In this document: positions 37,672 through 49,324 of the stretch, piece after piece
Layout: every line of letters starts with the position of its first letter
Numbering within the stretch: position 1 is the first letter of the stretch
Assembly: GCF_009834535.1 (NCBI RefSeq)
Contig: NC_045709.1
Location: 25,854,001-25,918,000, forward strand
Length of the DNA stretch: 64,000 bases
Direction of reading: 5' to 3'
Source of the DNA: Camelus ferus
Lineage: Eukaryota
The notes under the pieces: model-generated
Told to the model about the DNA's origin: nothing
Database searches by the model: none
What the model saw: only the letters and a program-made list of their open reading frames with translations
Made by a program: the position numbers and the translations under genes

Positions 37672-37816
37672 NNNNNNNNNNNNNNNNNNNNNNNNNNNNN
37701 NNNNNNNNNNNNNNNNNNNNNNNNNNNNNNNNNNNNNNNNNNNNNNNNNNNNNNNNNNNNNNNNNNNNNNNNNNNNNNNNNNNNNNNNNNNNNNNNNNNN
37801 NNNNNNNNNNNNNNNN
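37672..37816. other. Assembly gap (145 N)
   Basis: Run of N; its right flank is L1 sequence. Confidence 1.
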
Positions 37817-37890
37817 CATGCTAAGTGAAGTGAGCCAGACAGAGAAAGAAAAACATCAAATGGTATCACTCATACGTAGAATCTAAAAAA
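37817..37890 (+). mobile_element. L1 ORF2 end fragment next to the gap
   Basis: CATGCTAAGTGAAGTGAGCCAGACAGAGAAAGAAAAACATCAAATGGTATCACTCATACGTAGAATCTAAAAAA. Confidence 0.85.
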
Positions 37891-38139
37891 CACGGGGAGC
37901 CTCCCGTCGGCAGCGCTGCCTCTGTCCCCTCCCCGCCAGGGCGTTAAGGTGACGCACCCCTCCCTGCGGTCTGCAGAGCTTTATTCTGGAAGATTGATCA
38001 TTACGGGTTTAATTTTTCAGCAGGGCTAAAAAATGAGGAATATGTGCATGTGTGAGTGTGAATCAAAGAGTATTCAGAGACGTGACCTCCCTCTGACCCG
38101 GAACATCCCCCGACTCATCTGTCTCCGCGTCTGAAGTGG

Positions 38140-38260
38140 CCCCCGCGGCTTACTGTCAGTGTGACTGCAGGCAAGTCCCCCCAGGCCCCGGTTTCTCATC
38201 TGCAACTGAGAGTAAGCATAGCCCCTGCTTCAGCGAGAATGAAAGGAGAGAATACAGTAT
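38140..38260 (+). mobile_element. MIR remnant
   Basis: CTTACTGTCAGTGTGACTGCAGGCAAGTC...CCCGGTTTCTCATCTGCAACTG. Confidence 0.55.
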
Positions 38261-39234
38261 TTCCTAAATTTGCCAACCTGTTACAAAGAACAAAGATGCT
38301 TTCGAAAAATATGTATTCTCCCATAGGCATGTTAATTTAAAAGGTCTCGGGCAGGGTAGGAAAGGTGAAAATCTATGTTTCTAACAAGCACCGCAGAGCA
38401 ATTATGTGATCGAGGACGTGACAGAGGTGAGCCTTCAGCCCAGCGAGAGCTCAGGCACTTTTACAGTGAATCCAGACGTGGCGTGTCCCGGACTGCTCAG
38501 CTCTGTGGGGGGAGCCCCCCGAGGAGATGGGCCTGGCTCAGCCAGTCCTGACGAGGGCGGGCTGGTGGGAAGTCAGGTGGCGGGGCTCTCAGGAAGGAAG
38601 GCAGGGCCGGGACGGGGCTTGGGGAGCCCTCAGCTGTCAGGTGGGCCCTGATCCACAGCAGCTGCCAGGGCGGACAGACCCTTCAGTGAGAAGGCAGGGA
38701 ACGCCGTGGACGACCTCACTTACCCGTCCCGAATCCAACCACCTACAGCCAGGTGAGGACAGGTGCCCTGACGGGGCCTGGCTACCCGGCCTGGGCAGGG
38801 CCTGCATCCGCCATTGCTGGAAAGCATCGCAGCCCCAGTGTCTACACCACATGCAAGCCTCAAAGCCTCTGACCTCATCCTGCAGTTCTGCCTGCTTCTC
38901 TGCCTGACCTGGGGGCCTCGTGCTGCTGACGCCCCATCTCCACCTCTGTCTAGTCGGCCATTTCTCCTGAGACCACCAACCAAGTGGCTTCCCTGAGCCA
39001 GAAACATGGTGAGGTTGCCAGCCTACTTCAGGGGAAAAGGGACAAGCTCACCGAGCACTTCCGAGATGAGCAGAGGCGGGCACCGCAGCCGTGGTCAAGT
39101 TCGCAGGGTGTGCCTCCGGCCCGGCCCGCACTGGCTGGAGCCCCTGCAAAGGCACCAGAGCCCCGTCGCGCACGGCGATCCCCGCTTGACGCTGCTTTGT
39201 GAAATTCATTGTTTCTGAGCAAAACATTTTCTGC

Positions 39235-39600
39235 TCTTTCGTGGGCTGAGCTGTCTCTCTCCAGAATCCATACAGCGATGCCCTGACCCCGGGACCTTGG
39301 AATGCGCCCTTATTTGGAAAGGGGTCTTTGCAGAAACACGACCCGTATCCTTCTGAGAAGAGACAGAGACACAGAGGCCAGGAGGAGATGGCACATTTCG
39401 ACAGACATCCCAGCCCAGGGGCGCCCGCGACGCAGCGACCGGCAGCGCTGGGGGAGAGCCGGGCAGACCCGTCCTCACGGCCTCCGGGGCCTCCAGCCCG
39501 CCCCCAACCGGGGCCCCAGCGCCCAGGACGGAGGGGCCGGAGACTTCTGTTAGCCACCCGGGCTGAGGGGCTTTGTCGCAGCCGCCCCAGGGAAAGAGCA
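39235..39600 (+). mobile_element. MLT1C-like MaLR solo LTR, GC-shifted
   Basis: GGAATGCGCCCTTATTTGGAAAGGGGTCTTTGCAGA...TTCTGTTAGCCACCCGGGCTGAGGGGCTTTGTCGCAGCCGCCCCAGGGAAAGAGCA matches recalled MLT1 termini. Confidence 0.75.
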
Positions 39601-40019
39601 CCCACCCTCACCCGCTGCCTGTGTCTAGTTACGTTTTCCTTCTTGTCAGACCTCTCCCCCCTGAAAGACGCAGGGAAGTGAGGACACTGACGCTGAACAA
39701 CGCGCTCACCTGCCTGCATTAGGGTGAAGGAGAGATGGTTCCGTAAGACAGTTTTTGTGGATCTGCATATGAATCAGGAGTTTGAAGACATTTTCTTTAT
39801 GGTTGGTTGTTCTCGGTGACGCAGGGATGAGCAGGCAGCCGACGCCGTGGCGAGGGGAAGGGAGCCGCTGCGCTGGGGCTGGCGTTGGCGTTGGAGGTGG
39901 TGTGCATACGTGTGTGAATCCACGTGCATCTACACGCATCCCACGCTACATGTAACACGTATGTATAAATCTGCACTGTGTTGTACATATCACTCAGCAT
40001 TACTGTTAAACCTAATGTT

Positions 40020-40110
40020 ACCCCTATGACAAGCTACTGTTAAGTCCTCATTCTACTGATGAGGGAAACACGGAGCACACAGAGGAACTGAGTAGCCTGA
40101 CCCACTGGTG
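40020..40110 (-). mobile_element. MIR remnant
   Basis: GTCCTCATTCTACTGATGAGGGAAACACGGAGCACACAGAGGAACTGAGTAGCCTGACCCA. Confidence 0.45.
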
Positions 40111-40321
40111 GGGAAAATACAGCGAGAGACCGGCTCATCTCTTCTCCAGCCCTGAGTTCTGTAAGGCCGGATGCACAGGGCGTCAGTGCCGGAAAAGCTG
40201 TGCCGAGACCAGGCTCAGCCCTGGTCATTTGCAGTTAGGGGCCCGGGATCGGCTGGGCCAGGACCCAGGCCAGCCCTGCCCGGGCTCTGCCATGTGGGTC
40301 CTCTGGGGCAGCCTCACTTTT

Positions 40322-41207
40322 TTTCCTCATTGAAGTACCGTCAATTACAATGTGTCAATCTCTGGTGCGCAGCATATGTCCCAGCCTTGCAGATACATAC
40401 ATATATTCATTTTTATATTTTTTCTATTAAAGGTTATTACAAGATATTGAGCATAGTTCCCTGTGCTATACAAAAGGAACTTTCTTTTAAAATCTACTTT
40501 TTATATATAGTGACTAACATTTATAAATATCAAACTCCCAAATTATCCCCTCCGACCCCCTTTCCCCAGTAACCATAAGATTGTTTTACTAAGTCTGTAA
40601 GTCTGTTTCTGTTTTGTAGATGAGTTTGTAGTGCCCTTTTTTTTTGTTTTTAGATTCCACATATGAGCTGATCTCATGTGGTATTTTTCTTTCTCTTTCT
40701 GGCTTACTTCACTTAGAATGACATTCTTCAGGAACATCCATGTTGCTGCAAATGGTGTTATGTTGTCAGTTTTTATGGCTGAGTAGTATTCCATTGTATA
40801 AATATACCACTTCTTTTTTTCCAGTCATCTACTGATGGACATTTAGGCTGTTTCCGTGTCTTGGCTATTGTAAATAGTGCTGCTATGAACATTGGGGTGC
40901 AGGTGTCATCCTGAAGTACGGTTCCTTCTGGATATATGCCCAGGAGTGGGATTCCTGGGTCATAGGGTAAGTCTATTCCTAGTCTTTTGAGGAATCTCCA
41001 TACTGTTTTCCACAGTGGCTGCACCAAACTGCATTCCCACCAGCAGTGCAGGAGGGCTCCCTTTTCTCCACAGCCTCTCCAGCATTTGTCATTTGTGGAC
41101 TTTTGAATGATGGCCACTCTGACTGGTGTGAGGTGATATCTCATCGTAGTTTTGATTTGCGTTTCTCTGATAATCAGTGATGTTGAGCACTTTTTCATGT
41201 GCCTGTT
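40322..41207 (-). mobile_element. 5'-truncated young camelid-type L1 (~0.9 kb) with a 15-bp TSD
   Basis: ORF2p C-terminus on the minus strand; TSD GGCAGCCTCACTTTT (40307-40321) / GGCAACCTCACTTTT (41208-41222) with one mismatch; the bottom-strand target TC/AAAA resembles the L1 endonuclease site TT/AAAA. Confidence 0.95.
40543..41198 (-). pseudogene. L1 ORF2p C-terminal cysteine-rich (zinc knuckle) region, frameshifted
   Basis: ORF 40773-41198 contains [19 protein letters not shown]...[14 protein letters not shown]...[13 protein letters not shown]; ORF 40543-40794 gives MEYYSAIK...PFAATWM...ILSEVSQKEK. Confidence 0.92.
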
Positions 41208-42932
41208 GGCAACCTCACTTTTGAGACAGATCTACATGATGGTCAGAGGAGAGCTTTCCAGACGAACAGCTGAGCCTGCCGGAGAAATGACTGAGACTCC
41301 TTCCCTTCACTCTGTCCCACTCTGATCCCCTCGTCCCATTCTGGGGCCACCTCAAAGGACCAGCCCATCCCACGTCTGCTCCTGCCGGGCACTATCTGTG
41401 CACACCTATCTATTCACTCCACCCTGACGGCAACCGACAAGAACCTCCTCCAAACCCTGGAAAATTCTCTGGAGCCAGAACCGCAGTCAGGAGGGCACAG
41501 CATGGCCAGCCCCTCCCACCTGCTCCCGACGCCCCCAGCTCAGGGCCCCTCGGGGCTCACAGCTGGGGCTAGGGACTGGCAGGTAATCAGAAAAGAGTGT
41601 CCAGCAGGGAATCAGAAAACTCCAGACTGATCCCTGAGCCTTCCAACGTGACTCACGTACATATTTTGATGGAGGGCCAAAGCTGCTGCCGACTGGTTTT
41701 CATGGTTCTCCTCCTCCCACAAACAGCATCTATCCACAATGCGTCTCATGGGTTCTTTAAAGTGAAACGATTAATTAAAACCACTTGTGAAGCAATCTGA
41801 GTGTTGACTCTTAGGTGTCAATGACTTTTTCCCTGATAAACTGACACTGGTCTCACCCACAGCTAATTCTATATTTTTTAAAATGATGTAGTTTTATTTG
41901 GTCTTTCCTAAACACTCAATTTAATTTCCATAGGAAACAAGCAATTCTTTATGGGTCTTTTTGCACTCGTACTTCAGCGCTCACATACTCAGTTAAATTA
42001 CAAACTATTGCAAGTGGTATGAAAAGGTGCTGAAGCAGACGTGGCGCATCCGGCAGGAGCAGGAGCTGGGGGTGTGCGGCGCTCCAGGAAGGAGGAGGGC
42101 GAGGGTGATGCTGAGATGAGGTGGGGGCGGAGGCCTCACCCCGGAGGCCAGTCCCATGCCCTCCTTCCACGTCTTCCCTCAGCTTTAGATCCCGCCTCCC
42201 CTTCACTTCACGCCATTCAAGGATGGCAGGGGGGTGGGAGAGGCAGGTCAAAGGGCGCAGGCTTCTGGTGTAAGATGAACAAAGTCTGGGCATGTGACAC
42301 ACCACAGTTGGTAACACTTTGCTGCACTGAAATTTTCTAAGGAAGTACGACTTAAAGGTTCTTCCCCCCAAACCAGAAGAAGGTAAGTGTGGGAGGCGAT
42401 GCATGAGCGTAACCGGGCGCAGGACCTTCACAGCTCGTACGTTTATCAAGTCCCCACGACCGACACTTAACTGCAACACAGACTTACGCGTCAGCCGCAC
42501 CCCGTAAGTGCCCAGAGACGGCAGGAAGCCAGCTCCCTTCCCAGAGCTGCTGGAGAAGGAGAGTCGCCGACACATTCAAGCTTCTTCCCTCCCTATTCAC
42601 TGGGCCCTTCACTGAGTATTGATCCTTGAAGAGTCAGCCGGACTTCCTTCCAGATCTAAATTATGCCACCAACAATGCTTGTCAAGGCCACGCAAGGGAT
42701 TTGTCACAGATCATTTTGGGGAAAACAACAAATGTTTTCAGTCGAGTTCCTCATACTTTATTTGACAGGAAATGCTTGCAGGAATGAGTGCAAAGCTCAC
42801 TAATTCGGAACTTGAAATTCACGGTCACTGGCAAATCCAAGGGCCGAAGCATGAAGTCACTGACCACAGTGTGCTGCACAACCTGCTGCCCGCGCTGGTG
42901 GTGCCCACAGGCCCATCTCAGTCTTCCCCACG

Positions 42933-43165
42933 TTTCTTTTGTTGTTGTAAAAAATCTATCTATATATATGTAGATACATACAATTTTCCATTTTAACCAT
43001 TTTTAAATATACAATTCAGGGGCATTAATGACATGACCACTGTTGCGGGACCATCACCCACATCTATTTCCAAAGCTTTTCTGTCACCCCAAGTAGAAGC
43101 TCTGTGCCCAGTAAGAGCCGCCCTTCTCCCTGTCCCTCACCCCCACCTCCGTTTTAGCTTCAGTC
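42933..43165 (-). mobile_element. Old L1MB/L1MC 3' tail
   Basis: TTTCCATTTTAACCATTTTTAAATATACAATTCAGGGGCATTAA...ACCATCACCCACATCTATTTCCAAAGCTTTTTCTGTCACCCCAAGTAGAAGCTCTGTGCCC. Confidence 0.75.
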
Positions 43166-44207
43166 TGAGTGAGCCAGCATACACTTTCCTTTTTATGTAT
43201 CTTGATTTGACCACGTTTAACTAAGAAATGTATGTTCCTTATTCTGCAGAAGTTAACACCAAAGCACATTCATTGCACTTGGAAATCTTATGCAATAAAT
43301 GAATTCATGAAAATTACCTGGATTAATGTACATAAAATAATGTTATAAATTACCTGGTACAAATGGAATGGGGTGAGAGATGGGAGTGATATAGGGGACA
43401 ATTCATATTTTAAAGATGTTGTATGTAATTTGCAAGTTTAGATTTTACATTTTGGCTTTTCCTAGAGCAAAATTTACATGTATCATTCCAAAACTTTTAT
43501 ATCTAGGAAAAATCATCATCCTTTTCCTAGGGTATAAAAATGCTTTATTTTAAAATCAGTAAGCGCATTTGACAATGTTCAGCTCAGCTAAATATTCTGC
43601 CCTCTTACAGTCTTTCCATTTCAGTAGATTTCCTGAGGTCACACTGGCCTCTTCATGACAGCTCGACACTACTCAGAGCTGATTGACTCTGGGTGGGGGA
43701 AAACTCCTGCCCGAACCCCACAAATATTAGAAAATCGAGATGATCAAATAAATGCCAATGAAAAAAATGAGTGCTTCCGACACTGTCCTAGCTGTTACCA
43801 AAACAGTAACCGCAGTGATAAACACACGATTTGGAGATTGAGCACTGGGGATTTTTAAGAGATTCATTATGTGCCAATCTCTGTAAGCGACATGTAAGAA
43901 ACGCAAACATCTTTAAAAGGCAAATAAATACGTTTAAAAGTATAATTTATTTTAGCCTGTGCACTGACTTTTCGAAATATTTTTCACACAATAAAATTCC
44001 ATACTGAAATACATGTATTCCATCAGACTTTGGGGAGGAAAGGGGAGACCGTGCCGCTCCCACCAGGGCAATACCAAGGTGGCCGTAAGCCTGAAACAAC
44101 GACAGTGTGACAGCAGTGACGTCGCGAAGCCGCAGGAACGGCTCGGACGCTGGAGCAGGGAGTGTGTTTGCAGCACAATCTGACTGGTACACTGTTCTGT
44201 GCAAAGG

Positions 44208-44587
44208 NNNNNNNNNNNNNNNNNNNNNNNNNNNNNNNNNNNNNNNNNNNNNNNNNNNNNNNNNNNNNNNNNNNNNNNNNNNNNNNNNNNNNNNNNNNNN
44301 NNNNNNNNNNNNNNNNNNNNNNNNNNNNNNNNNNNNNNNNNNNNNNNNNNNNNNNNNNNNNNNNNNNNNNNNNNNNNNNNNNNNNNNNNNNNNNNNNNNN
44401 NNNNNNNNNNNNNNNNNNNNNNNNNNNNNNNNNNNNNNNNNNNNNNNNNNNNNNNNNNNNNNNNNNNNNNNNNNNNNNNNNNNNNNNNNNNNNNNNNNNN
44501 NNNNNNNNNNNNNNNNNNNNNNNNNNNNNNNNNNNNNNNNNNNNNNNNNNNNNNNNNNNNNNNNNNNNNNNNNNNNNNNNNNNNNNN
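44208..44587. other. Assembly gap (380 N)
   Basis: Run of N in the sequence. Confidence 1.
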
Positions 44588-44989
44588 ACGGATCTGACAG
44601 CTGTTTAGAGAGGTGCAGGGCCTTGAACAAATCGCACAGGAACTTTCCCGTTTCTGCGTTCCTCGCTGGGGACGTAGCATCTTGCATCGCCCCTGCAGCC
44701 TGAAAGCCGCCCGGGCGGTGGGCCCAGATCCACCCTTTCTCGGCCGGCCGGCTGCCCTCCTCCCCCGGCTCTGGACTGTCCTGTCCATCCTTCTGTCCTC
44801 CTCCAGATGACAAATGTGGACGGTCCAGGGACACAGCAGGCTGGCGAGAGATGGCTTTAGAATTTGATTTTTCCTATAAGGCATCGCCCCGATTCTCCCA
44901 GGAAAAACCAGGGCTGGCAGTCGTGTGGCCGGGCTCGCGGGCATGGTGGGGCCGGGGGCTGAGCGAGATCGGGGACCACCCTCGGCCGA

Positions 44990-45145
44990 GCCGGGTGGCC
45001 CGCGGTGCCAGCGCAGCACAATCTCTGCTCATAAATTAGCCGCGCTATCTCCCCGCAGCCGCGCGGGGCTGCCGTGCCAGCCGGCCGGCTGGGTCTCATT
45101 ATCATGAGAATTTTGACAGGATATTAAATTTACTAATCCTGAACT
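44990..45145. promoter_or_regulatory. Candidate enhancer element
   Basis: CATAAATTAG, CATTATCATG, TGACAG and TAATCC (45134) motifs interleaved with a CpG patch; repeat-free. Confidence 0.35.
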
Positions 45146-45959
45146 TTCCGGACTGACCCTAACCGGGAGCAGACAATGCTGGTGTCGGTGGGGAAAACAC
45201 TTTCTCTCTTTCCTTTCTTCCTTCTGCCTACAATCCCTCATGTGACCCCTGCCACCCCCAAGACACACTGCCCGGTCTCCCTTAAGCACCACCTACACCC
45301 AGGCTGCTCATCCCTTCTGACCACAAACTCTCCGGCAGGTAACCCTAAGGGGGCCCCACACCTGCTCCCTCCACGGTCTGTGTTTGAAAACCCGATTACA
45401 CGGGGCCCTTCCCGCCTGAATAGATTGGTTGGAATCATAGGTAACTGACGGTCTGTAGGGAGAACATGGTGGGGTGTCCACGATTTCATGCAGTTCAGCG
45501 TGACGCAGGCGACTTTGACACGTGTGGGCCAACCAGCCTGCTGACATGATCACACTTCATCCTGCCGGTCGGCATGGGCACACGGGAAGGCACACACGCA
45601 CACCAGTGCCCATGCACATGCACCCATACTCCTTGTCCCCATGTCAGCCTGCATTCCTGTGTCACTGGTACTTCTCCACTAATTCACCCCCGGTACTCAG
45701 CTCCATACCAATTCCATCCGTTAAGATTTCGGAAAGACCCACACACACGCGTGTGCCTGAGTCCCGGCCTCTCTGCCTGCGCATTCTCACACGCCGCTCG
45801 CAAATCAGGCAGCGCACATATGTTGTGATAGCAACTGTGACTCTCGGTTTATTCCCTCTGTAAATACACGACACCAGACCCCGCGAATATTTTCAGAACG
45901 TTTCGGGTGTCACAGCAGACGCGGCATCGCGCCCATTCACAAGCTCTCTGGGCCTCGGA

Positions 45960-46270
45960 AAAGCAAAACGCACTGACGTTCTGCCAGCGTGATCTCTAAA
46001 TAGTTCAGCAGTAAAATCTGGTCCGCGCTCACACCGCCCCGAGAACTCCTGCAAACACAGTGCCAATTAAGTTGCTGAAAACAGCAGATTTCCACTGATA
46101 CGCTACAGATAAAGCTGACCATTAAATCGCAATTTAACATCGCAGGCAGCGGGAGCTGCTGACAGCCACTAAAGCTTGTAATCTCATTTAACCCCCTCCT
46201 GTCAGGAGCTGGCCCACCCCTCAGCATAATGCCGCCAAATTAGACCTGACGTGGCAACAAGAGAAAGAAA
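45960..46270. promoter_or_regulatory. Candidate conserved enhancer
   Basis: Repeat-free; CAATTAA, CATTAAATCGCAATTTAAC, TGACAG, GTAATCTCATTTAA, TGTCA and AAATTAG within about 250 bp. Confidence 0.45.
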
Positions 46271-47785
46271 AACGTCTTTAGCTTGAAAGTCAGGCCGCAG
46301 CGGGCAAGCCTGACCTTCAGCGTCCCCCGCCCGCCCACACCGCTCTCCAGGGACCCCGGAGACATTTACGCTGAGAGAGCAGGAGCGGGGAGGACAGGGG
46401 GGTGGGCCGGCCCGGCCACAAGGCGCTTGGATTTCCCTGGGGGCAAATTACAGAGAATTTCCCGAGACAATGGAAGGAAATTTCACCTGGGCTTTTTAAG
46501 TCTTTCTTTGGTAATAAAAGATGAACCCCGATGGTTCTGTTCAAACTCTTTTGGCTCAATATTTCCCTTTGCCTGTGGTGGCCTCTGACTTCGAAGCCAG
46601 GGGACGCCTCTGTTGGAGCACAGAGTTGCCCACTCCAGGCCCGAGACAGCGTGCATTTTCAATGAGGTCATCCTAGCTGGTGGCTGGAGTCTTCAAAGCG
46701 TCTCCTGTGACTGGCATTTACTGGCTCTGTTTTCATAAGGAGTCTGGCCGCCTCTGAGGCTGCTGACAACAAGCTCTCTGGACTCTGTCTTTTCCACCAA
46801 TTCCACTTACTTCCTCAAGGGTGGGAGGGTGCAAAAGGGGTGTGGGGACCGCGGGGTCCCAGCACAGACGTCGGAAGGTGACCTCCACAACACTCACGGC
46901 AGTTTTCCCACGTCAAGCCAGAGCTGCTTTCAGAAAGAGCTGCCCCACATTTTGTGCCTCACTAACAATTATAAACCCAGATTTTTGACCAAACGCCTCC
47001 AATGTGCACTCTACCTCCCAGGAAATTTGCGTCTTAAAAACACGCAGTTATTAATTTAAAAGAGCTTCCTTCCCAATCATAAAGTACGTTTTTTGTTTTT
47101 TCCGTCCTGCAAAAAGACACGTGTTTTCAGGTCGAAAGTTAGAAGGACATTTCCCCAAAGCTGGCATTCACGTCTCCAGGGTGTCTTCGGACCTTAAAGA
47201 GACCACGACCAACCCCACGCTCCCAAACCCTATCTTCTGTTCTCCCTGTGCCTGAATTTCAACAACAGACTGGGGTTTAGCAGACCCAAAACTGTGAAAA
47301 GCCAAGGTGGAGATTAAAAGAGACACAGAGGACACCTCTCGGGCCCCTGCCCCTCACCACCCTGCTTGAGGACGCAGTTCAGCAAAATGTATGAATAAAC
47401 TGTGCCTTCCAGAAAGGAGAGAAAGGCCGAGGCACCTGCAAGGGGAAACCTCTGGACCCACCCAGAGAGGCCAGCTGCTCAGCTCTGCGGGGGCCCGGCC
47501 TGCCACTCACCTGCTCCCGCTCCCAGGGGCCGCGCAGCAGGAAGGTGCTCCCGCACTTCTGGAACGTCGGCCTCCCGGCGCCAGGTCCGCACCTGCTCAG
47601 AGGCCAGCTCGGGGTGCTGCTGGCCGGCTCAAATCCTGAAGTTCCCCGCTACTATTTTTTTTTAAACTAAAGTTAGCAAAACTGCTAGCAGAAACCGCCC
47701 CGGTGTTTATTTGGACTTCCCAGGGCCGCAGTGCAGTGCGGTCCTGTCTGCCCCAGCCTCTCCGCAACGGAGTGGTTTATTTAAT

Positions 47786-47925
47786 NNNNNNNNNNNNNNN
47801 NNNNNNNNNNNNNNNNNNNNNNNNNNNNNNNNNNNNNNNNNNNNNNNNNNNNNNNNNNNNNNNNNNNNNNNNNNNNNNNNNNNNNNNNNNNNNNNNNNNN
47901 NNNNNNNNNNNNNNNNNNNNNNNNN
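47786..47925. other. Assembly gap (140 N)
   Basis: Run of N in the sequence. Confidence 1.
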
Positions 47926-48744
47926 CTGAACAAAGCACAGTGTCTTGGCAATATTCACAGGGCTTATTCACGGACAGCCAGCTCTGTCTGTACATTCAGA
48001 GGTGGAATACACTTATAAATGATGTATTGGAAGGACTATAGCTCCCATTGTGTCCCCAGTGTAAACAAAGAGGCAGACAGGAGCTGAATGGCATATGGGC
48101 AGCGGGGCCGGCGGATGCTACCATTCCCCGGCTCCGGGAGGGAAACCAAAATCAGGCAAAGTCCCCGCGGGTCCATGTGACTGAGGCTCGGCCCAGGAGC
48201 GCCCCCACTTCTGCTTCTCATCCATCACCCCGGCTCCGGCCTGGAGGGGCTTCTAGGGGTGCACCCTGCCACCTACGACCCCCAGTGGAGGTGCACCCTG
48301 ACCTTTCTGGCAATTTCCAGAACCTTCCACTCAGAGGACACCGGTCTCCCCCACAGGTAACAGCTCCACACGTCCCCGTGTCCCGGCTGGCACCAGCCCT
48401 GTGCGGGGGCGGGAGGGTCTCTGCGGCGGGCGGCCCGCCCCACCCCCGGCCGCCGGTGGGCTCAGCTGTGTGGCTGCGTCATCCACATCCAGCCCTGAAC
48501 TTCTTCTGTAGAATGAACCCCGTGCATTTGTGAGGAAAGGGCCCTGCTGCTGGTTATCAAGGGTCTGCCTCCTCTGCCAGCTGGAGGTAGAAGCCACTTT
48601 CGAATACTAGTTTTCTTCCTGTAAAACATTTTACACACTCATCCCAATGGGGGAAGACGGTTCAGTGCTGTGGCTGCGATTCCTGTCCCGGTGTGGGGAC
48701 CCCCCCAGGCCTGGTCTCTGTGCTGGGACCCTGGAGTGCCCCTG

Positions 48745-48872
48745 GATAGTGACCCCAGGCGGCGTCCACATGCCATTAGACGGTAGCCCGGGAGGTGTTC
48801 GTATGCTGTTGGATGGTGGCCCGGGAGGCATCCACATGCCACGGGATGGCGGGCTGGACGTGTCCACCTGCT
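48745..48872. repeat. Degenerate 33-bp minisatellite, about 3.8 copies
   Basis: GATAGTGACCCCAGGCGGCGTCCACATGCCATTA / GACGGTAGCCCGGGAGGTGTTCGTATGCTGTTG / GATGGTGGCCCGGGAGGCATCCACATGCCACGG / GATGGCGGGCTGGACGTGTCCACCTGC. Confidence 0.8.
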
Positions 48873-49324
48873 GTCCCTCCACACCGCCCTTCTTGTCCAG
48901 GAGGGACTGAGGTGCACCTGCTTACAGTTGGGCTGTCTTTGCAAATGTATCCCAGTAGGATAGTTCTTTGCCGTGCACATTGCTGCTTTTCTGCCCAGAA
49001 TGAACGAGGGGGCGGCCGTCATGCGCAGTGCGTCCTGGAGGCTCCTCCAGCTCACCGCGCGGGACACCACGTGGGCCCACGTCTCACACATGGAGAAGCC
49101 TGGCTCCCAGTGGCCAGCGGCTTCCCCAGGCCACGTGGGCCTGCCAAGCAGGGAACCTGGGCCCCCACCCCGGGCACTGCAAACAACCTTCTTTTAGTTT
49201 TTTGAGTGTCTGGCTCCATATTTTACTTTCTCATTCCAATTTAGCAAGTTACTGTGTCTTACTTAGGCTGAAAAAAACAACAGCTCATACCTCTAGCTGG
49301 TTTTCAGCTCCCCTCGATACACGT

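Noticed and set aside
34687-48872. The 28-bp and 33-bp repeats as possible CRISPR-like arrays
   Set aside because: The units are head-to-tail with no unique spacers, there are no cas-like ORFs, and the DNA is mammalian.
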